Shown piece by piece: positions 1 to 7,823 of a DNA stretch of 64,000 nucleotides. The notes beneath the pieces are model-generated. The model worked only from the letters and a program-made list of their open reading frames with translations, did no database searches and was not told the origin of the DNA. This DNA is from a bacterium (GTDB lineage: Bacteria > Patescibacteriota > Minisyncoccia > Minisyncoccales > JAGGSE01): the NCBI GenBank assembly GCA_021159225.1, contig JAGGSE010000232.1, forward strand, positions 23,015-87,014. Reading direction: 5' to 3'. Made by a program: the position numbers and the translations under genes. The stretch's first letter is position 1, and every line of letters starts with the position of its first letter.

Positions 1-30
1 GTTCTTTTTAATGGAGTTGCGGGAAAGTGA
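1..30 (+). CDS. 3' end of an upstream gene entering from the left edge (partial)
   Basis: The open frame ...VLFNGVAGK* ends at TGA 28-30. It overlaps the next GTG start as GTGA, the coupling pattern used throughout the window. Confidence 0.25.
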   Translation, partial: VLFNGVAGK

Positions 31-410
31 GGTCGAAGTTCATGTTTAAGGGTATGTTTACCTTAATGAGCGGCGTGTTGTTGTCTCCTTATTGCGCCAG
101 TCAAATGGTGATTTTGGTTTGTCTGGTGATTGTGGAACTAGTCCTAAGTGTGTACTTGTCTTTGAAGTATCGGCGGTTTGATAGTCACATACTTCTTAGG
201 ACGTGTTGTAAATTCTTACTCTACTTCGGAGTCATTTTGACTGCAGTTGGAATCGACTCCTACTTCGGGTTTCGGAGGATTTTAGTACAGGGGTTTCTAC
301 TCCCTTTCTTGTCCGTGACAGAAGCCCTTGAAGTGTTCAGGCAAGCAACTGAATTAAAGTGGTTTGAGAGGAGATTTCCGCGTTTCTCTTATTGGGTTAG
401 ACATGGATGA
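27..410 (+). CDS. multi-pass membrane protein, possibly holin-family-like
   Basis: Three to four hydrophobic segments are present (VILVCLVIVELVLSVYL, FLLYFGVILTAVGI, LVQGFLLPFLSV). The architecture recalls phage holin family 4, but no diagnostic motif is present. The start is GTG 27 or ATG 42. Confidence 0.35.
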   Translation: MRSKFMFKGMFTLMSGVLLSPYCASQMVILVCLVIVELVLSVYLSLKYRRFDSHILLRTCCKFLLYFGVILTAVGIDSYFGFRRILVQGFLLPFLSVTEALEVFRQATELKWFERRFPRFSYWVRHG

Positions 411-723
411 GGAGTATAGTGGTGAGAATTTATATGGCTTGTTGGACGCAGTGATGTCCCGCTTACATCGGGATTTAAATGGCCCCCGCGACAGCGGAAA
501 AGATGGTTGGGATCTTTGTTGTAAGGCCCTACTGTGGTTTATGTTTAGCGAGGGAGTTTTATCTTTTCCGCGACGTAATAAAGCGGATGAGTTCTTTAGG
601 TACCTGTTTAAGAAGGTAGTGAACACGTCACGGAAGTTTGCTCTTAATGAGGACTTGATTTGTTTGGGCCTTTTTGCGCTGAAGAAGCAGTTTGAACAGA
701 AAGGAGAATCGAATGAAGTTTAG
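403..723 (+). CDS. hypothetical protein
   Basis: This is the in-frame part of ORF 364-723. ATG 403 overlaps the upstream stop (ATGGATGA). No motif was recognised. Confidence 0.35.
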   Translation: MDEEYSGENLYGLLDAVMSRLHRDLNGPRDSGKDGWDLCCKALLWFMFSEGVLSFPRRNKADEFFRYLFKKVVNTSRKFALNEDLICLGLFALKKQFEQKGESNEV

Positions 724-1696
724 TATTTACACGCACGGAGATTTTGACGGTTTGGTGTCAGGTGCAATTGGATATAATTTTTGTAAGGAAGTTGGTTTAA
801 GTTTGGATAAGATTACTTTTGTTGAGTATTCGACTTATCCTCCTGAAGTTTGGGATTCCTATCGGTTTGACCCTATTGTTAATGTGGTAACTGACTTTCC
901 ATATAGTCGTGCTCTTCCTTCTTCTGACTTCTTTATTTGGGCTGATCATCACCAGGAAAGGTTTGTTCCAGACTCTTCCGAAATAACTCGGGGAGTTTGC
1001 TTTTATGACTCCGACGCCCCTTCCTGTGCTAGAGTTCTTGAACCTTTAGCTAAGTTGAACCCTCTGTTGGAGTCTCTAGTACCTTGGGCTGATATGGTTG
1101 ATAGTGCTCGCTACGAATCTGCTGAACAAGCCGTCTTAATGAAGGACCCGCCGTTAAGAGTTGCTGTTGCTATGTCTCAAACGTTCAACGATGATGTTTT
1201 CAGAGCCGAGTTGCTGAAAATGATATGTCAAGTTCCTCCCGACCAGATACTCTCCCATCCGAAAGTAGACGATGCTTATCGACGGTATACTTGGAAGCAA
1301 GAGAGGTCTATAGATTTCTTACAAAAGAATTTGGTCCTTTATGAAGACAAAGACGTCTTAGTAGGGATATGTTCCTTTGTTGGTTATAAGTTTTCCTCTC
1401 GGTATGCCGCTTTCTTGGTTCAACCGAATTTAGACTTTTTAATACACATTCGTAGTATTCCTCCTTGGGATTCACCTGCAGTCAGCCTGTCGGTCTCTTA
1501 TAACCCGTGGAAGGAGTTTGATTGTGTAATACCTTTACACGAGATTCTTCGTGATGTTTACGACGGTGATTCGGGAGGTCATGTTCGTGTTGCCGCTGCG
1601 GTTTTACCCAATGCTCAAGCTGCTATGGAGCTAGCGCGGAAGTTGGCTCAGGTTGTATGTACACGTCTTACTACTGCGCGTGAAAAAGTCACTTGA
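713..1696 (+). CDS. DHH/DHHA1-family phosphoesterase (NrnA/RecJ-like)
   Basis: AAGGAG lies 6 nt before ATG 713. DHH motif I is THGDFDGLVSG, motif III is WADHHQ, and the DHHA1 GGGH-type motif is GDSGGHVRVAAA. Confidence 0.8.
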   Translation: MKFSIYTHGDFDGLVSGAIGYNFCKEVGLSLDKITFVEYSTYPPEVWDSYRFDPIVNVVTDFPYSRALPSSDFFIWADHHQERFVPDSSEITRGVCFYDSDAPSCARVLEPLAKLNPLLESLVPWADMVDSARYESAEQAVLMKDPPLRVAVAMSQTFNDDVFRAELLKMICQVPPDQILSHPKVDDAYRRYTWKQERSIDFLQKNLVLYEDKDVLVGICSFVGYKFSSRYAAFLVQPNLDFLIHIRSIPPWDSPAVSLSVSYNPWKEFDCVIPLHEILRDVYDGDSGGHVRVAAAVLPNAQAAMELARKLAQVVCTRLTTAREKVT

Positions 1697-1768
1697 CTTT
1701 GGCCATTTGTGAGGGTAAATTTTCTCTTGTTGAATGTTCAGTTCAGTTTAGTTTTAAGGAGGTAGGTT

Positions 1769-2035
1769 ATGAGTAATACTGATAAAGTGAAAGAGTTAAC
1801 CGAACTTGTCACTCAACTGGTTAAGGCTTTGGTGGACGACCCGGATACTGTAACCGTTGAGACTTACAAAGGGGATTCAATTGTGTTGTTTACGGTTAAA
1901 GCTGACTCTCCTAAGACGCTCTCGTTTCTAATTGGGAAGAAAGGAAGCACGGTGTCTGCGATGAGACATCTTGTTCGGTGCTTAGGAGCTCGGTTGGATC
2001 TTAAGACTGTCTTTGAGGTGTCTAGTCTTAAGTAA
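1769..2035 (+). CDS. KH-domain RNA-binding protein (KhpA-like)
   Basis: The 88-aa protein has LVKALVDDPDTVTVE...FLIGKKGSTVSAMRHLV with a GxxG loop (GKKG), the typical KhpA/UPF0109 layout. An AAGGAGG RBS precedes it. Confidence 0.75.
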   Translation: MSNTDKVKELTELVTQLVKALVDDPDTVTVETYKGDSIVLFTVKADSPKTLSFLIGKKGSTVSAMRHLVRCLGARLDLKTVFEVSSLK

Positions 2036-3026
2036 TTTTATGTACCTCGAGCATGTTGTAGCTTTTTGCTGTTTGTAGGATAGTTCTGATGGTGTTAACT
2101 GGAGCTGTGGTTTTGTTTTGTATTGTTGAGCTGTAAAGACGTACTCTTACCCTCTTTCCCTCGTTGTCTATGTAAACACTTACGTTGTAACAAGCTACTG
2201 CTACTACGTCGCCCTTGTTCAAGTAAAGTTCGGAGTTGTGACTTCTTCCTACTAGTTCGAGATCTCCTTTCTCGTTTGCAGCTCCTAGGTCGTAGTTATA
2301 GACACCTTTTGTCTTTGTGGGGATCCTGTTAATAACTTTGAGCGCGAATTCTATATACCGTTTAAACTTGATGAATGTTAAATTATGTGCATCTTGTTTA
2401 GTTGGTTTGAGTATTGCTCCTTCAAAGTGTCTGATTTTACAGAACTTGCGGACGTTCTTGTCGACCTCTGAGAGAGACCTTGCTCGCTCGTAAGGGACCC
2501 TGTTTAGGGGTGTATCTATAGGAGTTAGTTCTGAGGGGATGGGAAGTGCCTTGAGTTCTTCTAGGCGCTCCAGTGTTGTTTGATGAGAGATATCTTTATT
2601 GTCTATGTAGAGACAATCGAAAAGAGTCAATACCGCGTGAACGTTGTTGCGAGTTTTCCTTCTCCTATGGATTAAACCAATGGTAATTCCTCGTGGTTGG
2701 TGCTTTTTGTTTACGTAAGTTTCCAGTTCGCCCTCTGCGACAAGGTTGTTACAGGGGAGGTTCTTTAGGGCTTCTATGATTGGATTTGGTAGTTGTAATG
2801 GATTGCCTTGGTCACTGTACGCTTTAATGGAGTTACCTTCTTTACTAATTTGGATGTAGAGACCATCGTACTTGGGTTCAACAATGAAATCGAGCCGTGC
2901 TCCGTATTTTTTACGTATGAATGATAACAGTTCGCGCGTGTTAATTTTCTTCACGTTGAAGATGAAAGCTACATAGTCGTGTTGACGCCCGTTGAACTTT
3001 CCTGGTGTTATTTTTTTCGCTAACAT
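2028..3026 (-). CDS. ATP-dependent DNA ligase
   Basis: The adenylation motif I KxDG is present (VEPKYDGLY). Motif III is LVAEGELE, motif IV is LTLFDCLYID and motif V is FEGAILKP. The C-terminal half is OB-like. This is a lone - strand gene among + strand genes. Confidence 0.85.
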   Translation of the reverse strand: MLAKKITPGKFNGRQHDYVAFIFNVKKINTRELLSFIRKKYGARLDFIVEPKYDGLYIQISKEGNSIKAYSDQGNPLQLPNPIIEALKNLPCNNLVAEGELETYVNKKHQPRGITIGLIHRRRKTRNNVHAVLTLFDCLYIDNKDISHQTTLERLEELKALPIPSELTPIDTPLNRVPYERARSLSEVDKNVRKFCKIRHFEGAILKPTKQDAHNLTFIKFKRYIEFALKVINRIPTKTKGVYNYDLGAANEKGDLELVGRSHNSELYLNKGDVVAVACYNVSVYIDNEGKRVRVRLYSSTIQNKTTAPVNTIRTILQTAKSYNMLEVHKIT

Positions 3027-3096
3027 TGAGCCTCCTTGATTAGTGTTCTTAGTTGAGGTTAACTCCTTTTTTTGTTAGAGGCAAGTGAGGTTTGTG

Positions 3097-3876
3097 ATGG
3101 ATAGGACAATCTCTATAGTAATTGGTTATGAACATCATGAGCGACGTCTTCCTTTACTTCTTAAGTGTCTTTCCTCTCTCCAAGACATCGAGCAAATTTG
3201 CATCGTTGAGTCTGGTCCTTTTAAAGCACTAACTCGTAATGTGTTATCTCCTGTTTTAGCTGAGGATACTGAGTTGAAGTACTTGAAGATTTACACATCG
3301 ACCCCGTACAACAGGGCCTGGAACTTCAACATTGGAGTTCGTCATCTTTCGACTTGTGATATAGTTGTTCTAATTGATGCTGATTTGGTCTTTCCTCCCG
3401 ACTTCTCACGTATTGTACGTGAGCAGGTTACTTCCAAGGACTATGTCGGTCCTGCCTGGAACTGTATTGTGTACTTGAGTGAAAAGGATACTCTTCGGTC
3501 ACTCTCGCTCCCAAGGTATGAAGTAGAAATTACGTCTCCGTCTCGGGCTTGTCGCCCTTCTAAGGCAGGTGCTGCCGGAGGAGCCTTTGTGTGCTATCGT
3601 GATACTTACTTCGATTTTCAGGGTATGGACGAGAGGTTCTTTGGAAGGACGAGTGAAGACAACGCTCACTGGGCTAAGTTAGAGGTCCTAGGTTACAAGG
3701 TGAGGCCTCTCCCTGTAACTCTCTATCACTTGTATCATCCTATCAACCCTGTAATTGCATCAAATCGTAGTGAAGTCTTTGACATGTTAAATTGGTCTAA
3801 AGAGAGGTGGTTGGAAGAGATAAACTCTAAAGGTAACTGGGGGTCGATTGATGGATTCATTGTTAAACCTATCTAA
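3097..3876 (+). CDS. family-2-like glycosyltransferase
   Basis: ISIVIGYEHHERRLPLL...CIVE is followed by a DxD-type VVLIDADLVF, the GT-A fold pattern. The start is ATG 3097 (GTG 3085 also possible). Confidence 0.65.
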   Translation: MDRTISIVIGYEHHERRLPLLLKCLSSLQDIEQICIVESGPFKALTRNVLSPVLAEDTELKYLKIYTSTPYNRAWNFNIGVRHLSTCDIVVLIDADLVFPPDFSRIVREQVTSKDYVGPAWNCIVYLSEKDTLRSLSLPRYEVEITSPSRACRPSKAGAAGGAFVCYRDTYFDFQGMDERFFGRTSEDNAHWAKLEVLGYKVRPLPVTLYHLYHPINPVIASNRSEVFDMLNWSKERWLEEINSKGNWGSIDGFIVKPI

Positions 3877-4666
3877 GACTTGTTATCTATTTTGGTTGGT
3901 AAGAGGTGATGTACCTTTATATGTTACTGTAAGTGTGTCTTCTTTATGTGCAGTGGCTGGATTTGATGAAGTAATTATGTGTTTGGATGTTTCTGAGGTA
4001 GACATGCCGTTTGAGTTCGTTCGAGAAACTTATTTCCCGGAGGTAACCCAAGTTGTAACTCCTCAAGAGTTCTTTGAGAAAGAGGCATTTTCTATTTATT
4101 CGAGTTTGCACGGTCGTTATGAGGTAGTTAATAAAGCCGATTTTTTTCGAATTTACGCATTGTACCGGTTTGGGGGTTTTTATTGCGATACAGATACGCT
4201 GGCTCTTCGTCCATTTCAACCCCTTGTAACTGGTTCTTCCTATATTTCTTCTGAAGACGGCTCTCATTTAAGCAACGGTATTCTTTTTACGGAGAAAGGG
4301 CACAAGGCTTTGGAGTTTATGTATAAGAATTTTACTAACCGGTGGCAGCCCAATACTTTTAATTTAGTAGGGTCTCAATGGTTTACTGAACTAGAAGAGT
4401 ACTTCCTAGTTGATTGGAATAGGAATCATCATTACTACATTAGTTGGCAGGAATGGAAGAAACTGTTTTCTCCTTTCTCTGGAGAGGTTGAGGATTTGTT
4501 TACGCGAGAGGTATTCTCTGTGCATTTATGGGGTACCACGCTTCGTCGAAACAACTTTTATCTCTCGCCGGATTATGTACGTGAGCGCCCTTCAACCCTT
4601 TTTTCGAAGATCGTGCAGTTTCTTTCACAGAAGGATTCCGTAATTTGCAAGGAGTTGTGCCAATGA
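3848..4666 (+). CDS. glycosyltransferase with DXD sugar-binding region (Gly_transf_sug/OCH1-like)
   Basis: ADFFRIYALYRFGGFYCDTDT matches the conserved D..R...L...GG.Y.D.D signature. The start is uncertain and overlaps the upstream gene. Confidence 0.55.
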   Translation: MMDSLLNLSKTCYLFWLVRGDVPLYVTVSVSSLCAVAGFDEVIMCLDVSEVDMPFEFVRETYFPEVTQVVTPQEFFEKEAFSIYSSLHGRYEVVNKADFFRIYALYRFGGFYCDTDTLALRPFQPLVTGSSYISSEDGSHLSNGILFTEKGHKALEFMYKNFTNRWQPNTFNLVGSQWFTELEEYFLVDWNRNHHYYISWQEWKKLFSPFSGEVEDLFTREVFSVHLWGTTLRRNNFYLSPDYVRERPSTLFSKIVQFLSQKDSVICKELCQ

Positions 4667-5193
4667 GCGTTCTTGAACGATTGTCCCCGGATAATCGCCT
4701 CTTTGGTATTCCGATTCAACACTCATTTGCGTCACTCTATATCTTGGATCTAGTTTTTGACCAGTTTGATTTTGCTCAGGTTGTTGAGTTGGGTACTTAT
4801 AGAGGTGCTCTTTCAACTTTTCTGTGGCTAGAGTGTCAAGTTCGAGGTCACCGTTTCTTGTCGGTTGATCGCGCTGATAAGAGAGTCACGGATTTATTTC
4901 CTTTCTTAAGAGGTGATATTTTTGAATGTCAACGGACTAAGTTGAGAATTTTTGAGTTTTTAGGGCAGGCGCCCTCTTTCTTGTACTGTGACGATGGGAA
5001 TAAACCACGTGAGATTCAGGTTTACGCACCTGTCCTTCCCCCGAGAAGTGTACTCGGTGTACATGATTGGGGCACAGAAATCTCTGAGAAAGATGTTTCG
5101 TTTTTGGCTGACTTGAGTTTTCATCCGATTGATGACATAAATTGTTTAAGCACGGAACTCCACACGTTGCAACAGTTTTGGGTTCGAAGATAA
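4663..5193 (+). CDS. Rossmann-fold SAM-dependent methyltransferase-like protein (O-MTase family 3 / TylF / CmcI-like)
   Basis: GGAG lies 8 nt before ATG 4663, with an ATGA overlap. VVELGTYRGALSTFL resembles the glycine-rich SAM loop, and FLYCDDGNKPRE resembles the FIDADK region. Confidence 0.45.
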   Translation: MSVLERLSPDNRLFGIPIQHSFASLYILDLVFDQFDFAQVVELGTYRGALSTFLWLECQVRGHRFLSVDRADKRVTDLFPFLRGDIFECQRTKLRIFEFLGQAPSFLYCDDGNKPREIQVYAPVLPPRSVLGVHDWGTEISEKDVSFLADLSFHPIDDINCLSTELHTLQQFWVRR

Positions 5194-5453
5194 TGTCTCC
5201 TGAGTTTGTTCACGATTTTCGGAACGGGATTAGTTGTATTGCTGGGATTATCCTTAGAATTAACCGAAAACAGGAAAGTATCCTTGCTGCACAGGAAGAG
5301 TTGTCTCAGTTATTTTGCGAGCTTCGGCTCCAGTTACTTCGTGTTCTTTCAGCTTTGGAACGTTCCGTTGATAGCTTTGAAGAAGTGCATGGAGGTCAAA
5401 ATGCCCTCAAGCAATCCGTTCGCGATCACGAAAATCTTGACAGAAGTTCTTGA
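5193..5453 (+). CDS. hypothetical helical protein
   Basis: There is a TAATG overlap with the upstream gene. The 86-aa product has coiled-coil-like composition (QEELSQLFCELRLQLLRVLSALERS). It overlaps the next gene by 53 nt. Confidence 0.35.
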   Translation: MSPEFVHDFRNGISCIAGIILRINRKQESILAAQEELSQLFCELRLQLLRVLSALERSVDSFEEVHGGQNALKQSVRDHENLDRSS

Positions 5454-5970
5454 TTTGAAACCTCAAAGTATTTTGGATATTGGTCCGGGTTTCGGTAAGT
5501 GGGGTGTACTCTTTAGGGAGTACTTGGATGTTTGGAATTGGAGGGTGTTTCCTCCTGAGTGGAAAGTTCGAATTGATTGTATCGAAGCTTATTCCAAGTA
5601 CATCTCTCCTTTACACGAGTACATTTACAACAAAGTAATAGTTCAGGACGTTCGATCCATTTCTTGGGAGTCTTTCCCTACTTATGATCTCATATGTTTG
5701 TTCGATGTTATTGAGCATATGAGCAAACTCGAGGGCTACGATCTGTTACACACCTTGCTCCGGAAGGTTACTAAAGCAGTGTTTGTTTCAACACCATTGC
5801 CAGAGGATTTCTCTTCCTTTCCTCACGGAAGATGGGAAGATGATTATGAAGGACATAAGGAAGCTTGGTCTCCGGTAGAGTTTGTTGAAAATTTTGGCGC
5901 CGAAATAGTGATGTGTGACGGTGGTAAAAGAGGGTTCCGGACTTTTCTCGCGAAGATTATGATACGATAG
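5401..5970 (+). CDS. class I SAM-dependent methyltransferase
   Basis: GGAGG lies 5 nt before ATG 5401. Motif I is ILDIGPGFGKWG, followed by DLICLFDVIEHM. The ORF-track N-terminal extension from 5206 has no support. Confidence 0.7.
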   Translation: MPSSNPFAITKILTEVLDLKPQSILDIGPGFGKWGVLFREYLDVWNWRVFPPEWKVRIDCIEAYSKYISPLHEYIYNKVIVQDVRSISWESFPTYDLICLFDVIEHMSKLEGYDLLHTLLRKVTKAVFVSTPLPEDFSSFPHGRWEDDYEGHKEAWSPVEFVENFGAEIVMCDGGKRGFRTFLAKIMIR

Positions 5971-5981
5971 GAGGCTTTTTT

Positions 5982-7121
5982 ATGGAACTCGTAGAGTTTA
6001 AGGGTCGTAAAGGAATTTGGATTACTTACAAGGGCCGCAAGATCTTTATCCCTGAGGAAAGAATTCATCAACGAGAGTTGGGGTCACGTTCCCGTCTTGA
6101 TCCAAAGATGAAAGTCCTCGGAGGTATCACTTTAGCAACTTTAGCCGCTTACTTTTTAAAACCCGGTACGCCCATTTCTGAACTTTTTCGCAATAAAAGG
6201 TTTGTCGTGATCGCTAAACACCCAAATCCCACTCCCTCAATGAGAGAGAAGTTTTATGACATGATCACGTCGGCAATAATGGGGATGCGTGTAGTTCGTC
6301 CCAAAGCGGGCGCTAAACTTCCCAAAACTGCAGGCGTTGTTCATACCTGGTCGAAAGAAGCCTTTAAGATGAAACTTCCTAAGATTCAAGACTATGACTT
6401 GATGTCTGCTATTGACGATAAAGCGGTATTTCCAAAGCTGTTCAAGGACGACCCTAAAATTGTTCCTCAAACCTTCTTACTTCGTGAGTTTCACAGTCTT
6501 GAATCCGCACGCTATGCGTTCCAACGTGCTGGGAAGGGATTTGTGATTAAACCGCGCATTGGCTCACTTTCGAAGGAACTCCCTACTCATGAGTGGAGTG
6601 ACAAACGTTTGATGAAATATATTGAACAGCACGGTGGTCCTAATAATGTGATCATACAAGAAATGTTACCTTTTAGAAATGAGTTTCGTGTTCACTATGT
6701 GAATGGGAAGGTTTACTCTATTACACATCGTCGTTTTCCTGATCCTTTCCGTAAAATTTACAATAAAATCTTTTATCGATTCGGAATGGAGGGTGGTTCT
6801 TCTATTCCAGTGCTCAACCCTGTGAAACGTAAACGACTTAAGGAGTTTGTGACTCAAGCTATGAAACTATATGAGAAGAACGCCCATGTAGGGTTTGACA
6901 TCGTCGAATTACCTGACGGTTCCTTCCGATTTATTGAAGGAAACCCTGTTCCAGGTAGTTTAATGAACCCTGTTATTGCCAGGAAGTTACACAAGACTGT
7001 CACTGGAGTATGGACTAATGACTTACGCGCCGTTGCTCTAGCTGGAGGCGCGGCGGGTTTATGGTGGGCAGGAGAAGGAGTTTCCGAAGTACGGAAGAAG
7101 GAGAAGCAGCTGTGGGTGTAG
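5982..7121 (+). CDS. ATP-grasp ligase (RimK/GshB-like) with N-terminal WITYKGRKIFI motif and hydrophobic segments
   Basis: ATP-grasp signatures are FVIKPRIGSLSK, VIIQEMLPFRNEFRVHYVNGKVYSI and GFDIVELPDGSFRFIEGNPVPGS. Hydrophobic stretches are GGITLATLAAYFL and AVALAGGAAGLWWAG. Confidence 0.65.
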   Translation: MELVEFKGRKGIWITYKGRKIFIPEERIHQRELGSRSRLDPKMKVLGGITLATLAAYFLKPGTPISELFRNKRFVVIAKHPNPTPSMREKFYDMITSAIMGMRVVRPKAGAKLPKTAGVVHTWSKEAFKMKLPKIQDYDLMSAIDDKAVFPKLFKDDPKIVPQTFLLREFHSLESARYAFQRAGKGFVIKPRIGSLSKELPTHEWSDKRLMKYIEQHGGPNNVIIQEMLPFRNEFRVHYVNGKVYSITHRRFPDPFRKIYNKIFYRFGMEGGSSIPVLNPVKRKRLKEFVTQAMKLYEKNAHVGFDIVELPDGSFRFIEGNPVPGSLMNPVIARKLHKTVTGVWTNDLRAVALAGGAAGLWWAGEGVSEVRKKEKQLWV

Positions 7122-7495
7122 GAAAACACGTGTTGATTGACGTGTTTGAGGTGCCTTTTGAAGTTTTAGATAATGAGAAGTTGGTTCTTCAGTGTTTGAT
7201 TCGGGCCGCTAGTAAGGCCGGCGCAACCATACTTCATTCATTCGTTCATCATTTTGAACCTCACGGGGTAAGTTGTGTGGTTGTGATCTCTGAGTCTCAC
7301 TTTTCTATCCATACTTGGCCTGAACGACTTTACGCGGCCGTTGATTTGTTCACTTGCGGCGATTCCGTTGATTTAGATGTAGCGGTTCAGGAGATTCTTC
7401 AGTTTCTTAAAGGTAATCCTAAAGTTTTAGTCTTGGAGAGGGGGGATGTACATGATCGCCGATTGGGGACTTCACCTGATTTTAGATTTGTATGA
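7112..7495 (+). CDS. speH: S-adenosylmethionine decarboxylase proenzyme, small bacterial/archaeal class
   Basis: AAGGAG lies 9 nt before GTG 7112. GKHVLIDVFE...VVVISESHFSIHTWPERLYAAVDLFTCG contains the Glu-Ser self-processing site and the HTWPE and FTCG signatures. Confidence 0.8.
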   Translation: MGVGKHVLIDVFEVPFEVLDNEKLVLQCLIRAASKAGATILHSFVHHFEPHGVSCVVVISESHFSIHTWPERLYAAVDLFTCGDSVDLDVAVQEILQFLKGNPKVLVLERGDVHDRRLGTSPDFRFV

Positions 7496-7823
7496 TTGTG
7501 ATGAGTTCCTTATTTCTAGTAAGGGCAAACTTAGGGAATTCGTATTCGAACTTTGTGATATTCTTGATGTGAAAAGGTACGGTGACCCTATAATTGAGTG
7601 GTTTGGTAACGGCCCTTCTGAAGGATACACTCTTGTTCAGTTAATAGAGACGTCTCTGGTATCAGGACATTTTGCTCCTTCTAGCCGGACTGCTTACATT
7701 GATGTGTTTAGTTGTAAATTTTTTGACCCGATTAAGGTTCAGGAGTACATTGGAGGTTTCTTTAAAGCTAAGAAGGTTGATTCTACCCTTCTTGAAAGGG
7801 GGTCGAAGTTACGTGAAGTATAA
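7446..7823 (+). CDS. AdoMetDC-like paralog with altered processing site
   Basis: It aligns by eye with the upstream gene: GLHLILDLYDC...LVQLIETSLVSGHFAPSSRTAYIDVFSC...LLERG. ES-SH is replaced by ETS, and HTWPE is lost. Confidence 0.6.
   Translation: MYMIADWGLHLILDLYDCDEFLISSKGKLREFVFELCDILDVKRYGDPIIEWFGNGPSEGYTLVQLIETSLVSGHFAPSSRTAYIDVFSCKFFDPIKVQEYIGGFFKAKKVDSTLLERGSKLREV

Noticed and set aside
5178-5192. GGGTTCGAAG, resembling a tRNA T-arm/T-loop
   Set aside because: It lies inside the coding sequence of 4663-5193. No acceptor, D-arm or anticodon-arm complementarity flanks it. No other T-loop-like GGTTCGA motifs with a tRNA context were seen.
5206-5400. N-terminal extension of the methyltransferase ORF (MFTIFGTGLVV...)
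   Set aside because: GGAGG lies 5 nt before ATG 5401, and the methyltransferase motifs all lie downstream. The extension overlaps a better-looking ORF (5193-5453) in another frame.
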